Of a DNA stretch of 15,126 bases, positions 6,480 through 14,111 are shown piece by piece. A program made the translations under genes and the position numbers. The notes below the pieces were generated by a model, which searched no databases, was not told the origin of the DNA, and was given only the letters and a program-made list of their open reading frames with translations. Source of the stretch: a virus. Lineage: Duplodnaviria; Heunggongvirae; Uroviricota; Caudoviricetes. Where the stretch lies: IMG/VR virus record IMGVR_UViG_2737471857_000007, positions 1 to 15,126 of that record. One strand, given 5' to 3'. Position 1 is the stretch's first letter. Every line of letters starts with the position of its first letter.

Positions 6480-8085
6480 TTTATCGCATATTGCCGCCAT
6501 GGCATTTAATGAGCCGCTTTTACTGGAACCCGCCTATGCGCGGGTTTTCTTTTGCGCGCTGGGTAAAGAGATGGGGGCCGGCAGCCTTGCCGTTCCTCAG
6601 CAGGCTGTTCAGCTTGATGCTGATGGTATGCAGCTGGCTGTGACTGACTATATGGCGGGTGGTCAGCGTCCGGCAAAGAGTTACCAGGTGAAGAATGGCA
6701 TTGCCATTCTGCCGGTGAGCGGCACGCTGGTGCATAAACTGGGTACCCTGCGGCCTTACTCCGGCATGACAGGCTATGACGGCCTGACGGCCCGCCTTCA
6801 GATGGCAGTGAATGATCCGGATGTGCGCGGCATTTTGCTGGATATCGACAGCCCGGGCGGTCAGGCTGCCGGGGCGTTTGACTGTGCTGACATGATTTAC
6901 CGTCTGCGGGAACAGAAGCCCGTGTGGGCGCTGTGTAATGACATGGCCTGTTCAGCCGCCATGTTGCTGGCGGCAGCCTGTACGCGTCGGCTGGTCACGC
7001 AGACGGCAAAAATTGGTTCGATTGGTGTGATGATGGCGCACACCAGTTACGAGAAACAACTGGCACAGGAAGGGGTGGACATCACGCTGATTTACTCCGG
7101 GCAGCACAAGGTTGACGGCAACAGTATTCAGGCATTGCCGGCAGGTGTGCGTGCAGATTTTCAGCGCCGTATTGATGAGGCCCGCCGGATGTTTGTCGAC
7201 AAGGTGGCGCTTTATACGGGGCTGAGTTCAGAGGCGGTGATGAATACCGAGGCTGCCGTTTATGACGGTCAGGCAGGGATTGATGCAGGCCTGGCTGATC
7301 AACTGATTAATGCTGCAGATGCCGTTGAAGTGATGGTTTCTGCAATAAATAAAGAAATTAATAGAGAGGTAAATATGTCGCAAACGAATGTTTCGATCAT
7401 TGAGGCTGTGGCCCAGGAAAATCAGCGCGTGATGGAGATCCTGAATTGTCAGGAGGCAAAAGGACGCGAACAACTGGCGAAGATGCTGGCAGGGCAACCA
7501 GGAATGTCGGTTGAGCAGGCGAAAGCTTTCCTGGCTGCTGTGCCTGCTGCCAGTGTGGCAAATACAGGTGATCAGATTATGGCGCTGCCGGAAGCAAAAG
7601 GGCGTGAACAGCTGGCGCAGATGCTGGCAGGTCAGCCGGGAATGACGGTGGAGCAGGCGAAAGCGTTTCTGGCGGCAGCCCCTGCTGCCAGTACTGCAGG
7701 CACAGGCGATCAGATTATGGCGCTGCCGGAAGCAAAAGGGCGTGAACAACTGGCACAGGCACTGGCTGAACAGCCGGGAATGACCGTTGACCAGGCAAAA
7801 ACGTTACTGGCGGCGGCACCGGTTGCGGGTTCTGTAAGTGTTGGCGGGCAGATTATGGCACTACCGGAGGCGAAAGGGCGCGAACAACTTGCACAGGCAC
7901 TGACAGAACAGCCAGGAATGACGGTGGCGCAGGCGAAAACACTGCTGGCAGCCGTGCCGGCGGCATCGCAACCGTCACAGGAAACACTTTTTGATCGCTT
8001 TATGGCCCAGCATGCTGCCAGTGCGGTTTCCGGTGGCGGAACTGCCGGGCGCGGGGAGGAAGACCTGCTGATGAGTATGCCGTAA
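6469..8085 (+). CDS. C: prohead protease / scaffold polyprotein (lambda gpC-like, S49 ClpP-type peptidase) with expanded C-terminal scaffold domain
   Basis: N-terminal ~300 aa match lambda gpC (HIAAMAFNEPLLLEPAYARVFFCAL, SYQV.NGIA.LPVSGTLV, GSIGVMMAH, ITLIYSG.HKVDGN, TEAAVY.GQ..IDAGLAD). The C-terminal part holds ~3.7 tandem copies of a 46-aa unit; total 538 aa versus 439 in lambda. Start overlaps the B 3' end. Confidence 0.9.
   Translation: MRRNLSHIAAMAFNEPLLLEPAYARVFFCALGKEMGAGSLAVPQQAVQLDADGMQLAVTDYMAGGQRPAKSYQVKNGIAILPVSGTLVHKLGTLRPYSGMTGYDGLTARLQMAVNDPDVRGILLDIDSPGGQAAGAFDCADMIYRLREQKPVWALCNDMACSAAMLLAAACTRRLVTQTAKIGSIGVMMAHTSYEKQLAQEGVDITLIYSGQHKVDGNSIQALPAGVRADFQRRIDEARRMFVDKVALYTGLSSEAVMNTEAAVYDGQAGIDAGLADQLINAADAVEVMVSAINKEINREVNMSQTNVSIIEAVAQENQRVMEILNCQEAKGREQLAKMLAGQPGMSVEQAKAFLAAVPAASVANTGDQIMALPEAKGREQLAQMLAGQPGMTVEQAKAFLAAAPAASTAGTGDQIMALPEAKGREQLAQALAEQPGMTVDQAKTLLAAAPVAGSVSVGGQIMALPEAKGREQLAQALTEQPGMTVAQAKTLLAAVPAASQPSQETLFDRFMAQHAASAVSGGGTAGRGEEDLLMSMP
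7375..8085 (+). CDS. Nu3: putative in-frame nested scaffold protein (lambda Nu3-like)
   Basis: Internal ATG at 7375 in the C frame, preceded by AGAGAGG (7363-7369) at 5-nt spacing. The downstream sequence (..AVAQENQRVMEILNCQEAKGRE..) matches the lambda Nu3 region (..AVAAENSRIMGILNCEEAHGRE..). Placement mirrors the lambda C/Nu3 nested arrangement. Confidence 0.5.
   Translation: MSQTNVSIIEAVAQENQRVMEILNCQEAKGREQLAKMLAGQPGMSVEQAKAFLAAVPAASVANTGDQIMALPEAKGREQLAQMLAGQPGMTVEQAKAFLAAAPAASTAGTGDQIMALPEAKGREQLAQALAEQPGMTVDQAKTLLAAAPVAGSVSVGGQIMALPEAKGREQLAQALTEQPGMTVAQAKTLLAAVPAASQPSQETLFDRFMAQHAASAVSGGGTAGRGEEDLLMSMP
7453..7968 (+). repeat. in-frame 138-bp (46-codon) tandem repeat, about 3.7 copies, inside C/Nu3
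   Basis: Units at 7453-7590, 7591-7728, 7729-7866 and a partial unit at 7867-7968, each encoding EAKGREQLAQ(M/A)LA(G/E)QPGM(S/T)V(E/D/A)QAK(A/T)(F/L)LAA.P.A....G.QIMALP. Lambda carries a single related copy. Confidence 0.9.
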
Positions 8086-8123
8086 GCGGTATCCGGAATT
8101 CAGATAAATCAGGAGACTGAAAA

Positions 8124-8459
8124 ATGATTAAAACCACCACGGAAAAGCGTGCAGATGTGCATATTTTTGCCGGAAGCGATCCGGCGCATACCGCAACTGC
8201 CACCAGTGGTATCAGTGCCGCCACGCCAGCACTGACACCGCTGATGCTGGATGACACCACCGGTAAAATGGTGGCATGGGATGGTCAGAAAGCCGGAACG
8301 GCAGTGGGTGTGCTGGCTCTGGCGCTTACCGGAACAGAACCCATGCTGACGTACTACAAAAGCGGTACGTTTGCCACTGAGTCGCTGGTCTGGCCTGACT
8401 CTGTGGATGCGGTGAAAAAAGCCAACGCATTTGTGGGAAGTGCCATCAGCCACGCCTGA
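8124..8459 (+). CDS. D: head decoration protein (lambda gpD-like)
   Basis: 111 aa. SDPAHTATA, TPLMLD, VAWDG and YKSGTF blocks match lambda gpD (110 aa). AGGAG at 8111-8115 lies 8 nt upstream of the ATG. Confidence 0.9.
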   Translation: MIKTTTEKRADVHIFAGSDPAHTATATSGISAATPALTPLMLDDTTGKMVAWDGQKAGTAVGVLALALTGTEPMLTYYKSGTFATESLVWPDSVDAVKKANAFVGSAISHA

Positions 8460-8480
8460 TGGTGAAGTGATTAACTGAAA

Positions 8481-8510
8481 AACGGGTCGCGATGCGGCCC
8501 GTTTGTGTTT
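8481..8510 (+). terminator. intercistronic stem-loop with T-rich tail between D and E (possible attenuator or RNA-stability element)
   Basis: AACGGGTCGC-GAT-GCGGCCCGTT forms a 10-bp stem (one G-U pair) with a 3-nt loop, followed by TGTGTTTCTG. Confidence 0.4.
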
Positions 8511-8527
8511 CTGAAGGAATATAAATT

Positions 8528-9556
8528 ATGGGGTTATTTACCACGCGTCAGTTACTCGGGTACACCGAGCAGAAAGTGAAATTTCGTGCGCTGTTTCTGG
8601 AGCTGTTCTTTCGTCGCACGATCACTTTCCATACTCAGGAAGTCATGCTGGATAAAATTACCGGCAAAACACCGGTTGCGGCGTATGTGTCTCCGGTGGT
8701 GTCAGGCAAAGTGCTGCGCAGCCGTGGTGGTGAAACCCGTGTGTTACGTCCTGGTTATGTAAAACCAAAACACCGCTTTGATTATCAGCAGGCAGTGGAA
8801 CGTCTTCCGGGAGAAGATCCGGCCCGCCTTAATGACCCGGCTTACCGCCGTTTGCGTATTCTGACGGACAACCTGAAACAGGAAGAGCAGGCGATTGTGC
8901 AGGTGGAAGAAATGCAGGCGGTCAGTGCCGTTCTGCAGGGTAAATACACCATGAGTGGCGAGCAGTTTGAAACGGTGGAAGTGGATTTTGGGCGTTCTGC
9001 CGCCAATAACATTACGCAGGCTGGCGGACGCGAATGGTCACAGCAGAATGCTGACACCTTCGATCCGACGCATGATCTGGATGCGTACTGCGATTTCGCT
9101 TCCGGCACCATCAATATCGCGATTATGGACGGCACGGTCTGGCGTATGCTGAACGGTTTTAAACTGTTCCGTGAGAAACTGGATACCAGCCGCGGCTCCA
9201 AATCTGAGCTGGAAACCGCACTGAAAGACCTGGGCTCCGTGGTTTCCTTTAAAGGTCATTACGGCGATCTGGCCATTGTGGTGGCGAAGACAACGTATGT
9301 TGACGAAAACGGGGATGAACAGCGTTATCTGCCGGAAGGTACACTGATTCTGGGGAACACTCAGGCGGAGGGCGTCCGTTGCTATGGCGCAATCCAGGAT
9401 AATCAGGCGCTGAGTGAAGGGATCACCTCTGCAACGCGTTATCCGAAACACTGGGAGGTTATTGGCGATCCAAGTTGTGAATATACCATGACGCAGTCTG
9501 CGCCGTTGATGGTGTTGCCGGATCCGGATGCGTTTGTGGTGGTTCAGGTGAAATAA
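8528..9556 (+). CDS. E: major capsid protein (lambda gpE-like)
   Basis: 342 aa versus 341 in lambda. Shared blocks: LRPGYVKPKH, DPAYRR.RI, VEEMQAVSAVLQGKYTMSGE, TRYPKHW, DP..E.TM.QSAPLM.L.DPD.FV.VQ. Confidence 0.95.
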   Translation: MGLFTTRQLLGYTEQKVKFRALFLELFFRRTITFHTQEVMLDKITGKTPVAAYVSPVVSGKVLRSRGGETRVLRPGYVKPKHRFDYQQAVERLPGEDPARLNDPAYRRLRILTDNLKQEEQAIVQVEEMQAVSAVLQGKYTMSGEQFETVEVDFGRSAANNITQAGGREWSQQNADTFDPTHDLDAYCDFASGTINIAIMDGTVWRMLNGFKLFREKLDTSRGSKSELETALKDLGSVVSFKGHYGDLAIVVAKTTYVDENGDEQRYLPEGTLILGNTQAEGVRCYGAIQDNQALSEGITSATRYPKHWEVIGDPSCEYTMTQSAPLMVLPDPDAFVVVQVK

Positions 9557-9560
9557 GACG

Positions 9561-9588
9561 GGGCGGGATATTCCCGCCTTTTTCTTTA
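9561..9588 (+). terminator. rho-independent terminator-like hairpin after the capsid gene
   Basis: GGCGGGA-TAT-TCCCGCC (7-bp stem, 3-nt loop) followed by TTTTTCTTT, starting 5 nt after the E stop. Probably a partial terminator, since the late genes continue downstream. Confidence 0.55.
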
Positions 9589-9606
9589 GCGCACGGGAGA
9601 GATGTG

Positions 9607-9972
9607 ATGACAAAAGAGCAGATGACTGAACGTTTGCAGGAACTGGCAGTGATTCTGGGGCGTGAAGCAGATATTTCAGGTTCAAAAGCCGATCTTGAGC
9701 AGCGCCTGGCGGAATGGGAAGAGGAGGCCGCCGGATTCGATGGGGAGGAAACAGGGAAGGAAGAGGTGGGCAACGATGCATCCGGCGACGGAATGCATTC
9801 TGAGCGGGGACTCGCCCGGGTGCGTATGCTGAAAACGGCGCATATGCCAGCCTGTGATGCTGTGACGGGAAAAATGTTGATGTTTGCCCGGGCCTCGAGT
9901 GTTGTGTTGGTTAATGAAGCCGCAGTTCCTGCGTTGCTGGCGGACGGTCTGGCAGAAAAAATCCGGGAGTGA
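9607..9972 (+). CDS. FI: DNA-packaging / head assembly protein (lambda gpFI-like)
   Basis: MTKEQMTERLQELAVILGRE..SGSKADLEQRLAEWEEE resembles the lambda FI N-terminus (MTKDELIARLRSLGEQLNRD..TGTKEELALRVAELKEE), and a C-terminal ERGLAR motif is shared. GGGAGAG at 9593-9599 precedes the ATG. Confidence 0.75.
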   Translation: MTKEQMTERLQELAVILGREADISGSKADLEQRLAEWEEEAAGFDGEETGKEEVGNDASGDGMHSERGLARVRMLKTAHMPACDAVTGKMLMFARASSVVLVNEAAVPALLADGLAEKIRE

Positions 9973-10376
9973 TGATGTTCGATAATCTGTTCGATCAGGC
10001 CATGAGTGATGCGGATGACATCATCCTGGATACGATGGGGACGGAAATCAGCATATATCCGGGCGGCACGGAAAGAAGAATCCGTGCCGTTTTTGATGCT
10101 CCGGCAGATAACACCGGGATGAACACTGGCAGCGGCGAAATTCGTGATACTGCGCCTGTATTATTTACCCGGAGCGTATGGGCCGCCGGTCTGAAAAAAT
10201 ATGACAGGGTCATGATCCACGGCGAACCCTATCAGGTAGTCGATCCAGGCTGGGATGAGTCAGGCACTGCGGGTCAGGGGGTGATTACCATCATCCTCGC
10301 GCGGGGAGAGCCGGGGAGAAATACACCTGCTGCACCGGAACGACCGAGTAAACGTTATGGCAGTCAGAGAGCATGA
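9972..10376 (+). CDS. FII: head-tail connector / head completion protein (lambda gpFII-like)
   Basis: MMFDNLFDQAMSDADDIILDTMGTE..RAVFD resembles lambda FII (MADFDNLFDAAIARADETIRGYMGT..RGVFD). Start overlaps the FI stop (TGATG). About 18 aa longer than lambda FII at the C-terminus. Confidence 0.7.
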   Translation: MMFDNLFDQAMSDADDIILDTMGTEISIYPGGTERRIRAVFDAPADNTGMNTGSGEIRDTAPVLFTRSVWAAGLKKYDRVMIHGEPYQVVDPGWDESGTAGQGVITIILARGEPGRNTPAAPERPSKRYGSQRA

Positions 10377-11079
10377 ACGAAGCAGTGCCCGGCAGCGACG
10401 GCTGGCACGAAACCTCGTCGTCGATATTGATGAAGATGAGGTGCTGAAAATTATCGCTAAACTGGGTGGTTCAAAAAGCCAGATCCGTAAAGCCTGGGGC
10501 GTGGCGCTGAAAAGAGCCGCGTCCGCACTGCGGATGAAGGCCATGGCAGAGTTTAAAAAACAGGTTGCCCCACGCAGTCAGAAAATGATCGGAAGGCGTG
10601 TGCTGCGTGATTTTGTCATTCGTAGAAACGGCGATGAGTTTGACGAGGCAAAGGTATGGTTCGGCCTGAACGCCATCAAAGTACGCGATCTGCGCGGACG
10701 CATCAGTGGTGGACGACGCGGCGAACGCCATCAGTTGCGTGATGTGCGGGGACGTTTTGCTCCAGCTTCACGCAGCAGGAAGGCGAGGGAGATCCGTTTT
10801 AAACCTGCCGGTGAGGCAATACCGGTCACCACCTGGTCAGGTGATGAGGCCTTCATTAATGAATTTGAGTCTGAAAACCGGCGCGGACGTATTTCACGGC
10901 GTAAGACTGTCCTGGTCCGTCAGGTATCAGGACGACGAAGGGTGCGTGAAGCGGAAATTGATATTTACGAAGCCATGCTGAACCGTATAGAGGATTTTGT
11001 TTTTCCGGATGCGGAAGCACTGATCCTGAAAAATTTTGAGCATGAACTGAAATTCCGGGTATTTAAGGGGCTGGAGTGA
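10357..11079 (+). CDS. putative tail-completion / head-tail adaptor protein (basic, Arg-rich; possibly lambda gpZ-like)
   Basis: 240-aa ORF overlapping the FII 3' end by 20 nt. Very basic middle region (RGRISGGRRGERHQLRDVRGR..SRSRKAR) recalling the Arg/Lys-rich core of lambda gpZ. Assigned mainly by position between the head completion genes and the baseplate genes. Confidence 0.4.
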   Translation: MAVREHERSSARQRRLARNLVVDIDEDEVLKIIAKLGGSKSQIRKAWGVALKRAASALRMKAMAEFKKQVAPRSQKMIGRRVLRDFVIRRNGDEFDEAKVWFGLNAIKVRDLRGRISGGRRGERHQLRDVRGRFAPASRSRKAREIRFKPAGEAIPVTTWSGDEAFINEFESENRRGRISRRKTVLVRQVSGRRRVREAEIDIYEAMLNRIEDFVFPDAEALILKNFEHELKFRVFKGLE

Positions 11080-11642
11080 TGGAGCCATTAATGATGGGCG
11101 CCTGGCATCAGGCGGTTATTGACAGTCTGAAACAAATTCCCTGGGTGGAAGATGCCGATGAGTACCCGGAAAAAGAGACGCAACTGGTGACGCCTGCCGT
11201 GTTTGTTGATGTGCCCGGCTGGGACAAGGCCCAGTTTGCCGACGGGCAGACACGGGTCACGCTGAAATGCGATCTGTTTGTGGTGACAGACCGGGCCGGG
11301 AAGACGGAGAACGTGCCAAAACCGCAGATATTTGCCCGTTGTCTGGCGATGGATTTGTCCGACTGGATTGAGGGAGCCACGTTCGGGCTGGATAACGTTG
11401 ACCCGGCCATTTTTATTGATGCTGAAGTGGATACCTTCGACCGCCTGCTGGATGACTACATCGTTTTCCGCGTTTCTTTTGAACAGGATATTCCGGTCGG
11501 GGAAGATCCGTTCGATGTTCCGGCTGGTGCGCCATTACAGGAAGTCTGGCTGGGGAAAGTACCGGAAACCGGCAAGAGACATGAGCAGGATTATCGTCTT
11601 ATCTGGAAATCGGAGGGCACCGGTGATGAGTCTGGCAGATGA
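11079..11642 (+). CDS. putative tail terminator / tail-completion protein (gpU or P2 gpR-like)
   Basis: About 187 aa, acidic, start overlapping the upstream stop (TGATG). Weak resemblance to the lambda gpU N-terminus (AAVLDALEK..PAVAVYL versus AVIDSLKQ..PAVFVDV). Assigned mainly by position immediately upstream of baseplate gene V. Confidence 0.35.
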   Translation: MEPLMMGAWHQAVIDSLKQIPWVEDADEYPEKETQLVTPAVFVDVPGWDKAQFADGQTRVTLKCDLFVVTDRAGKTENVPKPQIFARCLAMDLSDWIEGATFGLDNVDPAIFIDAEVDTFDRLLDDYIVFRVSFEQDIPVGEDPFDVPAGAPLQEVWLGKVPETGKRHEQDYRLIWKSEGTGDESGR

Positions 11643-12249
11643 AGTGGCAGAGTTACGCCGCAGGGTGGCGGATATGGTCCGGCGTGGTGTGGTGGAGGAT
11701 GTGATCCCGGGCAGCCCGGTGATGGTCCGGGTGGATATCGGGGATGTGCTTTCGCCGCCTTTGCCCTGGATTCAGGTACAGTCCGGGCGCTACATGCAGG
11801 TCAGTAATTATCCGGCCCCCGGCGATGCCGTTACAGTGATATCGGAGGCGGGCGATTTGCGTAATGGTCGGGTGTATCCGGGGGCCAATATTGACGCCAT
11901 TCCTGTCCCTGAGGGCAGTGAATACGAACATGTTATTTTGTTTGATACCGGAACGGAAATCCGTTACGACCGTCAGGCTAATGCCCTGTCCATCACGCTG
12001 GCTGAAGGCGGCAGCTATAAAATTACAGGCAGGGGAACCCTGGACGGTCCGGTAGAAATCACAGATACCCTGACCGTACAGGGTAAAGCAATCATGAATG
12101 CTGAGGCGGTGGTTAAGGCGGATCTGATGGTCGGTGGTGAGGTTTCTGATTATCACGGAACGATGAGTCAAATCAGAATTGTCTATAACGGTCACAATCA
12201 CCGGGGCGACAGTGGTGGCAGCACCGGACAGCCTGGTCAGCAAATGTAA
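11626..12249 (+). CDS. V: baseplate assembly protein V (P2 gpV-like baseplate hub/spike)
   Basis: ATG 11626 preceded by GGAGGG, overlapping the upstream gene by 17 nt. C-terminal NGHNHRGDSGGSTGQP matches the P2 gpV C-terminus (HTHKHPGDSGGTTGSP); overall length (207 aa) is close to P2 gpV (211 aa). Confidence 0.85.
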   Translation: MSLADEVAELRRRVADMVRRGVVEDVIPGSPVMVRVDIGDVLSPPLPWIQVQSGRYMQVSNYPAPGDAVTVISEAGDLRNGRVYPGANIDAIPVPEGSEYEHVILFDTGTEIRYDRQANALSITLAEGGSYKITGRGTLDGPVEITDTLTVQGKAIMNAEAVVKADLMVGGEVSDYHGTMSQIRIVYNGHNHRGDSGGSTGQPGQQM

Positions 12250-12282
12250 TCTCCTTTCAGTTCTTTTTCCGGAATAAACAAC

Positions 12283-12639
12283 ATGATTGGTATTGATTCA
12301 GCCACCGGCAGATATCTGCACGGTAACGAACATCTGCGCCAGTCCGTCACCGATATTTTGTCAACACCGGTCGGCAGCCGGGTCCTGCTCAGGGAATACG
12401 GCAGCAGACTTTTCAGTCTGCTTGATAACCCACAGGATGATTTCACGCGGGTGAGAATTGTGCGTGAAACGGTAACCGCCCTTGAACGCTGGGAACCCCG
12501 CCTGACTCTCCGGCGGGTGGAAGTGACGTGGACAGGAGAAGGAAGCGCGTGGCTGACGCTTGTCGGGGTGAACAACGAAACTCAGGATACGATTCGACTC
12601 GAGGAGATAAAAATTGGCAACGTCTCAGGCAATCATTGA
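12283..12639 (+). CDS. W: baseplate wedge protein W (P2 gpW / gp25-like)
   Basis: 118 aa. SVTDILSTPVGSRVLLREYGSRLFSLLD..ERWEPRLTL parallels P2 gpW (SIGDILRTPVGSRVMRRDYGSLLASMID..LKWEPRVTL). Confidence 0.85.
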   Translation: MIGIDSATGRYLHGNEHLRQSVTDILSTPVGSRVLLREYGSRLFSLLDNPQDDFTRVRIVRETVTALERWEPRLTLRRVEVTWTGEGSAWLTLVGVNNETQDTIRLEEIKIGNVSGNH

Positions 12640-13528
12640 TCTGTCCGCGATACCGGTACCGGATGCGGTGGAAGTGCCGGATACCGCAATGCTGGTCACT
12701 CAGATAGTGGCGAAGTATCAGGAACTGGATACGTTGTTTTCGGCTCTGGTGGAATCTGATCCCGCGTATAAATGGGCAGAGGCGCTGGCTTTTCGGGTGG
12801 CGCTGATGCGCCAGCAGATAAATGATGCTGTCCGTGCTGTACTGCTTGCCAGTGCCGGTGGGAGCGATCTGGATCAGGTTGGTGCGAATTATCAGGTTCA
12901 GCGGCTGGTCATTACCCCGGCAGACGACAGCACCATTCCGCCCACGCCGGCGGTGTATGAAGATGATGACGCTTTTCGCGAACGTATCCAGTTGTCGTGG
13001 GCACGGCTCAGCACCGCCGGCGCGAAAAATGCGTATCACTATTTTGCACAAAGTGCTGATCCTGATGTGCTGGATGTGAAGGCTTACGGGCCGGAAACGC
13101 ACTCGCAGGAAGGCCGCGTTTTTCTTTATGTTTTATCCCGGTCAGGAAATGGCAGCGCATCACAACCCCTGCTGGATAAGGTGGCAGCATCAGTCAGTGA
13201 TGATGAAACCCGTCCCCTGACGGATTTTGTCAGTGTCCGGACGGCAGAAATTATTCCCTACGATGTGGTGGCGGATATTCATATTCCCTACGGACTGGAT
13301 GGTGAACTGGTTATGGCAAATGCCCGCAAGGCGCTGCAGTCATACACTGACAGCGTCCACCGGATTGGCTCGGTGGCATCCCGTTCTGGCATGGATGGTG
13401 CCTTTCACCAGACCGGGGTGATTACTGTGAATCTGACCTCTCCGGGCAGTGATATCGTTCCTGCGATGGGGCAGGCACCGTGGTGCCGTAAGGTAACGCT
13501 GAATAAGGTGGAGACAACTGATGAATGA
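12614..13528 (+). CDS. J: baseplate assembly protein J (P2 gpJ-like)
   Basis: 304 aa versus 302 in P2. IIDLSAIPVPD, LVITPADDSTIPPTPAV and GANYQV blocks match P2 gpJ (IIDLNQLPAPD, LTITPADDSTIPPTPAV, GANYN). The frame has a TAA at 12608-12610, so initiation must be at TTG 12614, which has GAGGAG 7 nt upstream. Overlaps the W 3' end by 26 nt. Confidence 0.9.
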   Translation: MATSQAIIDLSAIPVPDAVEVPDTAMLVTQIVAKYQELDTLFSALVESDPAYKWAEALAFRVALMRQQINDAVRAVLLASAGGSDLDQVGANYQVQRLVITPADDSTIPPTPAVYEDDDAFRERIQLSWARLSTAGAKNAYHYFAQSADPDVLDVKAYGPETHSQEGRVFLYVLSRSGNGSASQPLLDKVAASVSDDETRPLTDFVSVRTAEIIPYDVVADIHIPYGLDGELVMANARKALQSYTDSVHRIGSVASRSGMDGAFHQTGVITVNLTSPGSDIVPAMGQAPWCRKVTLNKVETTDE

Positions 13529-14111
13529 CGATATCAGGAGCATACTGCCGGTCAGTGCCAGCCGGGCGGAGCGGGTGGTGGACTGTGTCGCCGGAGATAT
13601 GCTGTCAGATATAGCGGTCTGCCTGATCCGCTATGTGAAAAATCCCGATTTATGTCCTGCTGAATTGCTGCCATGGCTGGCCTGGGAAATGGCGGTGGAC
13701 ACCTGGAATGAACACTGGACGGAGGCGGAAAAACGGTCTGCGATAAAACGTGCTGCTTACATCCACCGCCACAGAGGGACTAAAGCGGCGCTGATGGCAT
13801 CGCTGGCTGACAGTCCCTTCCGGTCGCAGATTGTTGAGTGGTATGAGCAGACCCCACCCGGGGAGCCGTATACCTTTCGTCTGAACGTGGAGCAGAAGGA
13901 TTTACCGGTACTGATGAATGATCATCAGGATCTGAAGCATGCGGTACTCCGTGCCAAAAATCTGCGCAGCTGGTTCAGTATTCACGTCTACGGGAACAGC
14001 ACAGGGCGGGGATTTGGTTACGGCTATGTGATGGCGACAGAAAAAATCAGAAGTACCGGTGTGATAACAAAGACAGTGCCCACTGAAGGGCAGAGTGAGG
14101 CAGGAGTATGA
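13521..14111 (+). CDS. I: baseplate / tail protein I (P2 gpI-like)
   Basis: 196 aa. VCLIRYVKNPDLCPAELLPWLAWEMAVDTWNEHWTEAEKR resembles P2 gpI (..CLIR.SKNP.TCPASLLPWLAWEWGVDTW.DDWTEEQKR). ATG 13521 preceded by AAGGTGGAG; overlaps the J 3' end by 8 nt. Confidence 0.8.
   Translation: MNDDIRSILPVSASRAERVVDCVAGDMLSDIAVCLIRYVKNPDLCPAELLPWLAWEMAVDTWNEHWTEAEKRSAIKRAAYIHRHRGTKAALMASLADSPFRSQIVEWYEQTPPGEPYTFRLNVEQKDLPVLMNDHQDLKHAVLRAKNLRSWFSIHVYGNSTGRGFGYGYVMATEKIRSTGVITKTVPTEGQSEAGV

Noticed and set aside
7228-7749. 173-aa minus-strand ORF with an internally repeated sequence
   Set aside because: It is the reverse complement of the tandem repeat in gene C; the repetition is inherited from the plus-strand repeat, not an independent gene.
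9038-9781. 247-aa minus-strand ORF (and a nested 104-aa ORF) antisense to E and FI
   Set aside because: Antisense to the major capsid and FI genes, and the product is low-complexity and Pro/Arg-rich. Treated as a reading-frame artefact.
11653-13102. 196-aa and 219-aa minus-strand ORFs antisense to baseplate genes V, W and J
   Set aside because: The plus-strand genes have clear P2 homology and coupled starts; the antisense ORFs have no recognisable features.
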